Made by a program: the position numbers and the translations under genes. Source: Cenarchaeum sp. (GTDB taxonomy: Archaea; Thermoproteota; Nitrososphaeria; Nitrososphaerales; Nitrosopumilaceae). From it: DNA of 64,000 nt. A model generated the notes under the pieces. It was not told the origin of the DNA and ran no database searches. It was given only the letters and a program-made list of their open reading frames with translations. The DNA lies in NCBI GenBank assembly GCA_963692915.1, contig OY843584.1:1312001-1376000 (forward strand). Reading direction: 5' to 3'. Shown piece after piece: positions 1 through 9,198 of the stretch (within the stretch, counting starts at the first letter, position 1; each line of letters opens with the position of its first letter).

Positions 1-147
1 GCCGAGTTTGAGGCCCGCGGCGCCGGAGGCCGCCAAAAGCTCCACGCGACAATAGAGAGGATAATGAAGGAGGAGTGGCGCGATGACGAAGAGGAGGTTC
101 TCGCAGACGCGCAGAAAAAGATGGAGATGAGGGAGGAGGCCCGATGA
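1..147 (+). CDS. dndC: 3' end of probable DndC (phosphorothioation sulfurtransferase), truncated by window edge
   Basis: Open frame 1 ending in TGA at 145-147, overlapping the dndD ATG (ATGA). Identity inferred mainly from the usual dndC-D-E order. Confidence 0.55.
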   Translation, partial: AEFEARGAGGRQKLHATIERIMKEEWRDDEEEVLADAQKKMEMREEAR

Positions 148-2165
148 TCCTCACAAGGCTTGTGCTGGAGAACTATGGCGCGTATGAGGGCCGCAACGAG
201 CTTGACCTAGAGACCTCACCAGAGCGCCCCATAGTCCTCATCGGCGGCGTGAACGGCGCCGGCAAGACGACGATACTCGACTCGATACTCTTGGGCCTCT
301 ATGGGCGATCGATCTTTGGGCGCGGCATGTCATCGCGCAAGTACCGCGACTATCTCTCAAAGCTCGTCCACAGGAAAAACCGCCACAGGGCAAAGTTTGC
401 CGCAGTCGAGATTGAGTTTAGGCTCCACCACAGCGGCTCAGAGGACACGTACCTTGTGAGGCGCGAGTGGGAGTCAGTCGGCGATGAGCTTGACTTTTTG
501 TCGGTGAGCAAGAACGGGGTGGGCCTTGACGGTGCGGGGCGCGAGACATGGCAGCAGTTCATGGACTCGCTTGTGCCTCCCGGCATTGCGCGCATATTCT
601 TTTTTGACGGCGAAAAGATCGCGCGCATTGCCGAGGACGTGAGCCGCGGGGCAGGCGGGGGCGACAAGGGGACGTTTAGGGCATCGATGGACACGATGCT
701 CGGCATAGACCTCATTCGCCAGCTGCGCAATGACCTAAGCCTGTACATCATGCGCAGCGGCGGCAGGGGAGCCAGCGTGACAATGTCCGAGTATGACCGC
801 ATCCTCGGCGAGAAACGCAATGCCGAAGAAGAGATGGCGCACATACGCGGCGAGATGGAGACAAAGGCCGCAAGCCTCGAAAAGGTCGAGAAAAAGATCA
901 TGTCACTCGAGTCGCACATACGCGGCCTCGGCGGCGAGTATGCGAGGAGGAGGGGCGAGCTGATCGCGCAGAGGTCAGAGTGCTCCGAGTCGACCCGCAT
1001 GCTAGAAGTCAGGCTTCGTGATGCGCTCTCTGGCCACATGGTTCTCGGCGTGATCGGCGGGCGCCTCGCGCAGGTCGCCTCGCAGGTCAGGGCAGACTCG
1101 CAGGCAGCACTCGAGTGTGCCGGAGCGCAGGCCCTAGAGCAGCGGGCCGCCGACCTTGGAGAAAAGATGGGGAGCGGCGCGTTCTGGGAGGGCACCGGCG
1201 TTGCAGAGACTGACAGGGAGGCCGTGGCGGCCAGGGTTCTCGGCGAGCTCTCATCAGGCGATGGGCCAGAGTCGGCGACTCCGGCATTTGACATCAGCAG
1301 GGCCGATGCTGCCCACATACTAGAGATCGCACAGAGGGTGCCGGCCGGAGTCGGCGAGCTGATGGCAGATGCCACAAGGCATGGCAAGGCAGCAGGCGGG
1401 CTTGCCGAGGCCGAGACAAAGATAAGCATGGCTCCGCGAGATGACGAGATAGGGCCGCTCGTCGGCGAGCTGAACGGCCTCAATGAAGAGTCGGGCATGC
1501 TAAAGGCCGAGATGCGGCACCTAGAGGAGAGGCTTGCAAGCCATGACTTTGCGATGCGCTCGCTCAAAAAGCGCCTCGGCGCCATAGTTGATGGCATAAA
1601 AAAGACTGACAGGGGCGTAATGGGCGTAAAGCTCGCAACTGACGCAATAGACACGCTAGAGGCGTACGAGGCGAGGATAAAGAGGGTAAAGATGGCCGGC
1701 ATGGAGCAGTGCATACTGGAGTCTATACGCCACCTCATGCACAAGGAGGACTTTATCACGAGTGTCAGCGTGGATGCCGATGACTATGGGATAGAGCTCT
1801 ATGGCAAGGGTGGTGAGTCGATTCCGCGCGAGTCGCTCTCAAAGGGCGAGATGCAGATGCTCGCCACCGCAGTCCTCTGGTCGATGGTAAAGGTGTCCGA
1901 GAAACCGCTCCCGTTCGTCATTGACACGCCGCTGGCGCGCCTCGACGCAGAGCACAGGGCAAACCTGCTAGAAAGGTTTTATCCGTCAGCCTCGCACCAG
2001 GTCATCATACTATCGACAGACACGGAGATACGCGCTGCCGAGCACAAGAGCCTAAAGGGGCACATATCGCGCTCGTACACGATATCGTATGATGCCGATG
2101 AGCAGAGGACTGCCATACGCGACGGGTATCTTGCCGGCGAGGAGGGGATTGCAGTTGAGGCTTAA
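144..2165 (+). CDS. dndD: DNA sulfur modification ATPase DndD (SMC/SbcC-like)
   Basis: Walker A GGVNGAGKTT, FFFDGEKI, long coiled coil, LSKGE signature, PFVIDTPLARLD, ASHQVIILSTDTEI. Confidence 0.93.
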   Translation: MILTRLVLENYGAYEGRNELDLETSPERPIVLIGGVNGAGKTTILDSILLGLYGRSIFGRGMSSRKYRDYLSKLVHRKNRHRAKFAAVEIEFRLHHSGSEDTYLVRREWESVGDELDFLSVSKNGVGLDGAGRETWQQFMDSLVPPGIARIFFFDGEKIARIAEDVSRGAGGGDKGTFRASMDTMLGIDLIRQLRNDLSLYIMRSGGRGASVTMSEYDRILGEKRNAEEEMAHIRGEMETKAASLEKVEKKIMSLESHIRGLGGEYARRRGELIAQRSECSESTRMLEVRLRDALSGHMVLGVIGGRLAQVASQVRADSQAALECAGAQALEQRAADLGEKMGSGAFWEGTGVAETDREAVAARVLGELSSGDGPESATPAFDISRADAAHILEIAQRVPAGVGELMADATRHGKAAGGLAEAETKISMAPRDDEIGPLVGELNGLNEESGMLKAEMRHLEERLASHDFAMRSLKKRLGAIVDGIKKTDRGVMGVKLATDAIDTLEAYEARIKRVKMAGMEQCILESIRHLMHKEDFITSVSVDADDYGIELYGKGGESIPRESLSKGEMQMLATAVLWSMVKVSEKPLPFVIDTPLARLDAEHRANLLERFYPSASHQVIILSTDTEIRAAEHKSLKGHISRSYTISYDADEQRTAIRDGYLAGEEGIAVEA

Positions 2166-2526
2166 CAAGGTGCGCATGAGCATGAGGTCACAGACCCTGC
2201 TCTCGCAGCTAAAGCACAAGACCGGCCTGCCGGCAAACGTTCTGGGGAGATATGCGATATGCCTGTCGCTTAATGACTCTAGCGTGCCCAACGCCGACCT
2301 CTATGACGAAAAGGGCACCGAGCTGCCGCCGCACATCCTCTTTGGGTCACTAGAGCGCGTCTTTGAGGCAGTCATAGTCGACAGGCTGCGCGAGGACGGG
2401 CTAGAGCCTGCCGAGTATATGGACCGCATGGTCCGCGCGCACCTAAACCGCGGCGCGACTGCGCTCTTTACTCGCGTTGGGGGATTGACTGACCTTTGCG
2501 CACTAGTGGAGGCCGGTCTGCGCTGA
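2149..2526 (+). CDS. dndE: DNA sulfur modification protein DndE
   Basis: LSQLKHKTGLPANVLGRYAICLSL...RAHLNRG pattern. Likely TTG start at 2149 after GGAGG, overlapping the dndD end. Confidence 0.88.
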   Translation: MQLRLNKVRMSMRSQTLLSQLKHKTGLPANVLGRYAICLSLNDSSVPNADLYDEKGTELPPHILFGSLERVFEAVIVDRLREDGLEPAEYMDRMVRAHLNRGATALFTRVGGLTDLCALVEAGLR

Positions 2527-3686
2527 GCGCGCCGATATACATGGACAGCCACTCGACGACTCCGGTGGACCCGCGCGTGCTAGAGAAGATGATGCCCTAC
2601 TTTGGCGCAAAGTTTGGCAACGCGTCTAGCCTGGATCACACGTACGGTCACGAGGCCGCCGTCGGCGTCGAGGAGGCCAGGGGGAGCGTGGCCGGCCTGA
2701 TCGGCGCGCGCGATTCAGAGGTCGTCTTTACTGGCGGGGCGACAGAGTCAAACAATATTGCGCTAATCGGCGGCATGGCCGGATATGCCGGACGTGGTGA
2801 CCATATCATAACGTGCGCGACAGAGCACAAGGCCGTCCTAGAGACGGCGAGGTATCTAGAGGGCATAGGCAAGAGCGTGACGTACCTGCCGGTGGATGAG
2901 AACGGCGAGGTTGACCTAGGTCAGCTCGAGGAGGCAATAACTGACAGGACTGTGATGGTATCGATAATGGCAGCCAACAATGAGATTGGGACGATCGCCG
3001 ACCTGGGCGGAATAGGCAAGATTGCGCATGAGCGCGGCGTGCTGTTTCACACCGATGCGGCGCAGGCCGTGGGCCATATTCCCATAAACGTCGGAGAGAT
3101 GAAGATCGACCTCATGTCCATGTCGGCTCACAAGATGTACGGGCCAAAGGGGGTGGGTGCGCTCTATGTCAGGGGAATCAACCCGCGTGTAAGGCTGGAT
3201 CCCATGATCCACGGTGGCGGCCAGGAGCGCAACATCAGGTCAGGCTCGCTTAATGTTCCGGGCATTGTGGGGTTTGGTGCTGCAGCAAGGATAGCAAAGG
3301 CCGAGATGAAAGAAGAGGCTGTGCGCCTAGGTGGCTATCGAGAACAGATGCTCTCTGTGCTAGTCGATGAGGCAGGCGCCATACTGAACGCAAGTCCCAG
3401 GCACGTTCTGGCTCACAATCTCAACTTACGCTTTGAAGGCATTGACGGCAAGGCCATAATCAATTCTATATCAAAAGAGGTCGCCATATCGGCGAGCTCT
3501 GCCTGCACTGCAGAGAACGTAGAGGCATCACACGTGCTTTTGGCGATAGGGCTAGACGAAGAGCAGGCGCATTCATCGATACGGATTGGGTTGGGGAAAT
3601 TTAATGGAGAAGAGGGTGTCAAAATGGCAATTAAAACCATAATAAAGACAGTGTCTGCACTAGTGCAGATTAGGGCGAGTATTTAG
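2496..3686 (+). CDS. dndA: Cysteine desulfurase DndA/IscS (start uncertain, may be ~2523)
   Basis: IYMDSHSTTP, FTGGATESNN, HTDAAQ, SAHKMYGPKG (PLP lysine), SSACT (catalytic Cys); co-operonic with dndDE. Confidence 0.88.
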   Translation: MRTSGGRSALSAPIYMDSHSTTPVDPRVLEKMMPYFGAKFGNASSLDHTYGHEAAVGVEEARGSVAGLIGARDSEVVFTGGATESNNIALIGGMAGYAGRGDHIITCATEHKAVLETARYLEGIGKSVTYLPVDENGEVDLGQLEEAITDRTVMVSIMAANNEIGTIADLGGIGKIAHERGVLFHTDAAQAVGHIPINVGEMKIDLMSMSAHKMYGPKGVGALYVRGINPRVRLDPMIHGGGQERNIRSGSLNVPGIVGFGAAARIAKAEMKEEAVRLGGYREQMLSVLVDEAGAILNASPRHVLAHNLNLRFEGIDGKAIINSISKEVAISASSACTAENVEASHVLLAIGLDEEQAHSSIRIGLGKFNGEEGVKMAIKTIIKTVSALVQIRASI

Positions 3687-3766
3687 TTGTAAAAATGAAG
3701 TACAAATGATATAATCACAAGATCAATTTGTCGAATAATAATAAATAATTTAAAATCGATCAAAAA

Positions 3767-5629
3767 TTAAAGGCGGAGATCTGTTATTATTCTTTTTAGA
3801 TCAATCGCACGTATTAGATCGTCAGCGAGCTTTTCTTGTCTAGTTGTTATGCTTTGAATATTCCATATTGGTATGTGAGATAACGCTTCAGTCATTTTCA
3901 AGGTTTTGTGTTTTGCGTATTCAACTTTTTTAACTTCAAATGGTTTATTTGAAATAGAAGTGTTAATTTTTGACGGTAAGAGTGTAAGGTTTCCAAGTAA
4001 TGTAAGATACTGTCGATGAATATCTTTAGCTTGGTTTGAATCAACGTTCGGGTTATTATCAATAATATATTGCTCCCACGGCGCAAATTTTTTAGGCATA
4101 ATATGCTCAAGAGACACATCATATTGACTGCGCGTGCTCGCACCAAGAGATTCAATTTCTTCCAGGAGTGCTATAGCTAACGGAGGTTTTTTAACTCGAT
4201 ATGCCATTAAATTTGCTTTAACTTGGTCATTTTTTGGATATTTTTCATGATCATTAACCAGATTATTAATAATATCTTTTATAGGGACATCAGAATTTAT
4301 AGAATTCATTATACCATACATTGTATCTTCATAGTTAGGCAGAGATGTAGATGTTCCTATAACTTTTATTCTTACATGATACTTGAAACATAGCATGACT
4401 AATGCTTCGAATGATTTGTAGAATTTTGTCTTCCCTCTATAATATTTATTATATCCAGCTAAAATCGCAGGATAGACAAATACTTCGTTTGTACTTTTGA
4501 TTTTTTTGAGATAATGAATCGTATTATCATTTTTGTGAAAATTTACAACGGTTGGATTTCGAATCTGATTTAATCTGTGTGACCAATCATATAAACCTTT
4601 AATAATTTCTGACGGATGAATAGAGTGTTTGTTAACTAAAGTAACAAACGGATCGTACATATGTTTTTGTTTAAGATGAATTGGCACAGGTTTATAATGA
4701 TCAGTGGAATCATCTGCTAGCTTAGAACTATAAAACGTCAGTAAGTAATGATAAAGAAATCTGTCAAGATCATAATCTGATGAATGTTTGTTTGTAATAT
4801 TAACTCGCATTTCATTCCAGCTCACATCATAAGCATCCAGTTCCTCATCACTTATAGCACTTGTTGCAAGCTTTCCAAACAAAAAGCTTTTGATAAGATC
4901 AGAAGGATCTAATGTAGTGCCTCGATTATTAACTAAGTTAAAAATCCGATAAGCTTCGGATTCATCTTTACAGTGATATTGAGAAACGGTAAACTTTGCA
5001 AGAAGTGTGTTGACATAACTATAAACAATTTGTGCCATAGCATCAATATCCAATTCGTTTTGGGGATCATTAGTTTCAATGCCTGATTTTTGTGTGATCC
5101 ATGTGTTGATACGTTCATAGGCAGTTGCGAGAAGAACGCTAGAGTCATTTGAACGATCAATAAGAGAAAGAGGATCAACTACGGATCTTTGTCTGAGAAG
5201 GGTATGAAAAAAATCCTTGTTAGCTTTGCTCAAAGTCAAACGAGGTTTATTCAAATTAGGATCTGGATTAATTGGAGGAACATAAATGATTTGTTCAAGA
5301 CGCTCATAATATTCTGCAGCACGCGGAGAGTTATCTTTATGTGCATAAAAAAAATTACGAGCGCAAATAAAAAACAAAAGAGATGTTGTCATTCGTTGTT
5401 GTCCATCAATAATTTTGACAGGTTTGTTAGTCGATTCACCATGATCAGCCAGTAAAATTGATCCAAAAAAATGTGCATGAATATTGTGTTCGTTGTCGTT
5501 TGCGTATTCAAGATCGTCAAGAAATTCTTTAATCTGTTTTTTTTCCCATGAATATCCACGTTGATAGATTGGAATTGAATAGTAAGTGTGATTATTAAAC
5601 ATAATCTTCAGGGCTTCTGTGTGGTCCAC
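3767..5629 (-). CDS. DUF262 + DUF1524 (GmrSD/SspE-like) protein
   Basis: IPIYQRGYSW, IIDGQQRMTT, IFNLVNNRG (DUF262); SLEHIMP...LGNLTLL...N (DUF1524/HNH-like). Strongly AT-rich. Confidence 0.88.
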   Translation of the reverse strand: MDHTEALKIMFNNHTYYSIPIYQRGYSWEKKQIKEFLDDLEYANDNEHNIHAHFFGSILLADHGESTNKPVKIIDGQQRMTTSLLFFICARNFFYAHKDNSPRAAEYYERLEQIIYVPPINPDPNLNKPRLTLSKANKDFFHTLLRQRSVVDPLSLIDRSNDSSVLLATAYERINTWITQKSGIETNDPQNELDIDAMAQIVYSYVNTLLAKFTVSQYHCKDESEAYRIFNLVNNRGTTLDPSDLIKSFLFGKLATSAISDEELDAYDVSWNEMRVNITNKHSSDYDLDRFLYHYLLTFYSSKLADDSTDHYKPVPIHLKQKHMYDPFVTLVNKHSIHPSEIIKGLYDWSHRLNQIRNPTVVNFHKNDNTIHYLKKIKSTNEVFVYPAILAGYNKYYRGKTKFYKSFEALVMLCFKYHVRIKVIGTSTSLPNYEDTMYGIMNSINSDVPIKDIINNLVNDHEKYPKNDQVKANLMAYRVKKPPLAIALLEEIESLGASTRSQYDVSLEHIMPKKFAPWEQYIIDNNPNVDSNQAKDIHRQYLTLLGNLTLLPSKINTSISNKPFEVKKVEYAKHKTLKMTEALSHIPIWNIQSITTRQEKLADDLIRAIDLKRIITDLRL

Positions 5630-6121
5630 GCCGCACCCCCCAATTGTCCATATTTAAAGAATAAGTGAGCCCAACTACCGTTACGTTAGGAACGTAATCT
5701 GTTATAAGTTAAAAATATACTTCCAAAAATTAAAAGTTGGAAGAATAACTAACAAATGATTAATGTGATGAACAGATAATTTGATTAAGAGGTGCTAAAT
5801 GCATATTATGAGGAACAAACCAGAGATACAGATATGCGCTACACATGATTAACGTTGATTCTTGGCATCACGAGTATAATCAAAACAGAGTAATTTATAA
5901 AATAGAAAGTGATGATTTGGTAGAGGGAGGAGGTTGCCCCATGCTGCATCTTTGTTGTCGGATATTATGAGCGTCATTTTAGGCAGATGTTGTACAATAA
6001 GTGTAGTTGAAAACTAGCGTAAAAGTGTGAAAACAACCAAAAGCAAAATACGCATACAATTTAGCATAAAATATTGTAAAATTCATATATATGATAGAAC
6101 GCAGCGGAGCAGGTTGGCAAA

Positions 6122-7153
6122 ATGAGCAAGGTGGCCGAGTCCACGGATCTGCAGCGTGAGTTCATCTCCATAATCACCAAGGGGAAAAAGGACAACACCT
6201 ACAAGTTTGCCCTAGCACGATTCCTCCTTGACTATTCGCGCAGGCAGCACGCGAGTGTCGTGACCGAGGCCATGCAGAAAGGCAGAGGTGTGAACATTCC
6301 CTATGACGAGATAGCAAAGGAGTTCCTCCGATACTATTGGCACCAAGAGTGCATGTACAAGATTAGGCAAAACTATCACGAGCGCAAGCCACCGGCCATA
6401 ATAAGCGTGATTCGGGATCAGATCGGAGGCAACTATATCCCGTCAAAGTTTAGCGACATTGACCGGCAGGATCTGACCGAGATGATACATCAGACTAGAA
6501 AGAGGGTCTTTAACAAGGAAAAAACAAAGACGTCAATAGTCATACCCAGGTTCCAGAACGTCTCCTTTGGGACTACAGTCAGAAAAACGAGGTCGTTTTA
6601 CGACTATGACGATGATGCCGGCACGCTCACGCTAAGGCCCGAGGCGCTCTTGCTGTTTCGCAAAAACTATAACGTGCTCATAAAGTCCGTCTTTCTCGAA
6701 TGGGCCAAATACCTCGAAAGGATAAACACGATGCCCATGCTCATAGCAAAGGTCTCGATGAAGCCAGAGAGGCGCTCGCTCAAGTTTGCGCTAAAGGTCC
6801 TCGAAAAGGACTTTAGGCAGTGCTTTTACTGTAACAGAAGCCTCGATGAGATAGAGACCAACGTGGACCACTTTATCCCGTGGTCGTACGTGTTCGATGA
6901 CGAGCTGTGGAATCTAGTCTTGGCGTGCGGCAAGTGCAACAGCAAGAAAAGCGACCTACTTGCCAGCGAGGACTATCTCAACAACCTCATCGAACGCAAC
7001 GAGGACTGGGGATCGACGATACGGCCGCTTGAGAGGTCACTCAAAAAGATAGACACGGGCAGGGGATGGCAAAAGGAGATCGAGCTCCACTATGAGAACT
7101 GTATGGACTATGGGTTTAGCGTCCGGGACAACCTTTTTGCAGACGGCGCGTAG
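6122..7153 (+). CDS. HNH endonuclease with N-terminal helical (SBD/winged-helix-like) domain
   Basis: CFYC...VDHFIPWS...WNLVLACGKCNSKK; N-terminal NTYKFAL motif. Confidence 0.85.
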   Translation: MSKVAESTDLQREFISIITKGKKDNTYKFALARFLLDYSRRQHASVVTEAMQKGRGVNIPYDEIAKEFLRYYWHQECMYKIRQNYHERKPPAIISVIRDQIGGNYIPSKFSDIDRQDLTEMIHQTRKRVFNKEKTKTSIVIPRFQNVSFGTTVRKTRSFYDYDDDAGTLTLRPEALLLFRKNYNVLIKSVFLEWAKYLERINTMPMLIAKVSMKPERRSLKFALKVLEKDFRQCFYCNRSLDEIETNVDHFIPWSYVFDDELWNLVLACGKCNSKKSDLLASEDYLNNLIERNEDWGSTIRPLERSLKKIDTGRGWQKEIELHYENCMDYGFSVRDNLFADGA

Positions 7154-7170
7154 CCTTTACGCACTAGACC

Positions 7171-8202
7171 CTATGACACAAAGAGCGGCGCATTCCCATG
7201 GTACTCGGCTAGGCAAGAGTCGTACGTCCTCTCATACCACACCCTGTCATACGTCGAAAAGTGGCTCTGCACCGTGGGCGGCAGCCGCGAGAGCCTCTGC
7301 GCAAAGTCATGGTTTCTCCTCGTGATGTCCCCGAACACGTCAGCATGGGGCAGCCGGTCATGCTTGCGCAGGTTGCACGACGCGCATGCGGCGACACAGT
7401 TGTACGTCTCGGTCGAAAAGACATAGTTGTACGGGATGACGTGGTCGATGTGGCGCTTTTTGGGCCTGCCGTACGGCGAGTCGCAGTAAAAGCAGCGCTC
7501 CTCCTGTTCATAGTCAAGAACGCGCCTGGCTGACGGATGCAGCAGCCTGCTCGGATAGTTGTCCTCGTCAAGCTTTGCGGCTATCTGTGGCGTCATCTTG
7601 TTGAACTTTTCGAGGTGTGTCGCAAGCTTGTAGTTGATCCCGTGCTTTATGATCGTGCGATGATCCCTGAGAAAGGGGATAATGTTGGTGTTGAGCACTA
7701 TCTTGTTGGTTCCCTTTTGACGGACATACAGATCATTCATGTCAGTCAGGAGGTACTTTAGGACCTGTGGCTTTATGCTAGAGTTAATCACGTTCTTTAG
7801 GAAATCCTCGTTGGTTCGAGCTGATAGGGCGTCAACTGTCGGGGGCTTTTTGTAGTTGCGCAGCTTGTGATGCTCTTTGATTATGCGCACAATGCTGGCA
7901 TCGGTGCGGTTTGGGGATTGTTTTAGCCTAAAGGAGTGCTCCATGTCCCAATAGTATTTGGCAAACCTGGCCGCAATAAAGTTGAGGTCAAGCGTGAGGG
8001 TGTCGCCGTCGACCTCAATCCACTTACTGCCCGCCAGGTTGTTGTTGGAGCCGCCAATGTTGTACTTGCTCAGGTCAAGCAGGCATTTTAGGAACACCGG
8101 CTTGTATGTGCTTGACATCTTGCCGCGCGTAAAGAACTGGTTGAACATTCGCACGTATTCGGTGTCAGGGTCAGCCGACCCGTCCTGCGCATGACGGTCC
8201 AT
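7171..8202 (-). CDS. HNH endonuclease, paralog of 6122..7153
   Basis: CFYC...IDHVIPY...NCVAACASCNLRK; STYKPVFL and YYW motifs shared with the neighbour. ATG at 8202 gives 343 aa. Confidence 0.85.
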   Translation of the reverse strand: MDRHAQDGSADPDTEYVRMFNQFFTRGKMSSTYKPVFLKCLLDLSKYNIGGSNNNLAGSKWIEVDGDTLTLDLNFIAARFAKYYWDMEHSFRLKQSPNRTDASIVRIIKEHHKLRNYKKPPTVDALSARTNEDFLKNVINSSIKPQVLKYLLTDMNDLYVRQKGTNKIVLNTNIIPFLRDHRTIIKHGINYKLATHLEKFNKMTPQIAAKLDEDNYPSRLLHPSARRVLDYEQEERCFYCDSPYGRPKKRHIDHVIPYNYVFSTETYNCVAACASCNLRKHDRLPHADVFGDITRRNHDFAQRLSRLPPTVQSHFSTYDRVWYERTYDSCLAEYHGNAPLFVS

Positions 8203-8263
8203 CCTCGCAAAGGCGCGGGGCGCCCCATCATAAGCATTGCCGGATATGCCAACGTGGGTGTGG

Positions 8264-9034
8264 CTAGTGATCCTTTGTGTCGACGCCTTTGGCCAGCCTC
8301 TGCGCTTCTTCGGCCTCATCAACTCTCCCGAGTATCTCCAAAACCTGCGCCCTGACCGTGTGCGCCATGCCAAGGCCCCCATCAAGTGCGACGGCTCGAT
8401 CGACAGCAGCTAGTGCGACATCAGGAAGGCCAAATGCGAGGAGTGTGCCAGCACGGCATGTGTGCGCATACGCGTCTTTTGGCGCAAGTGATATCGCGTG
8501 CTCGAATGACTTTAGCGCTTCTTCATGCTTGCCCAGTCCACGCAGCGCGTGACCGAGGGCGATATGCACCGAGGGCTCGGACGCATCCAGGGAAGCTGCG
8601 CGCCTCAATGGCTCTAGCGCCTCTTTATGGCGACCAAGCGCAATGAGCGAGCGCCCCATGCCAAGGAACGCACCCACACTGCCGTCAACCTCTGCTGCGC
8701 GCCTGAATGACTCTAGGGCCTCGGTAGGCCGACCAAGGTCAAGCAGCGATATGCCGCAACACGCGTGCGTTGCGGCATCAGTCGGCCTCACCATGGCCGC
8801 GCACCGGAACGACTCCAATGCCATCGCGGGCCGACCGAGGACCATCTGCGCGTGACCGCAGCCCATATGCGCATCAGCGTCTCGTATGTCCAGCGAGACT
8901 GCGCGCTCAAATGACTCTAGTGCATCAGCGGGACGATCAAGATCCATAAGCGTCTCGCCATGACCCACATGCGTTGCGGCGTTTTCGCGGACAGGTGCCA
9001 TGTCGATATATCGCTCAAGTGTGCCAGTCTCCAT
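8264..9034 (-). CDS. TPR repeat protein
   Basis: Repeated ~34-aa units such as G..L..LGR..EALESF.RA. Confidence 0.85.
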   Translation of the reverse strand: METGTLERYIDMAPVRENAATHVGHGETLMDLDRPADALESFERAVSLDIRDADAHMGCGHAQMVLGRPAMALESFRCAAMVRPTDAATHACCGISLLDLGRPTEALESFRRAAEVDGSVGAFLGMGRSLIALGRHKEALEPLRRAASLDASEPSVHIALGHALRGLGKHEEALKSFEHAISLAPKDAYAHTCRAGTLLAFGLPDVALAAVDRAVALDGGLGMAHTVRAQVLEILGRVDEAEEAQRLAKGVDTKDH

Positions 9035-9198
9035 GGTGACACGCGCGACACTGCAACCCTATTTGATTCGAGGCGTGCGATCAGGATCCCAGGTGTGCGC
9101 GAGACATGCGCCATTCTCTCGCTGTGGGTTGCCTCGTGGAGTGCCGGTTTCGCAATTCCGGAAATATACAAATAGGCCATGGGCACACGGCGAGTCCC

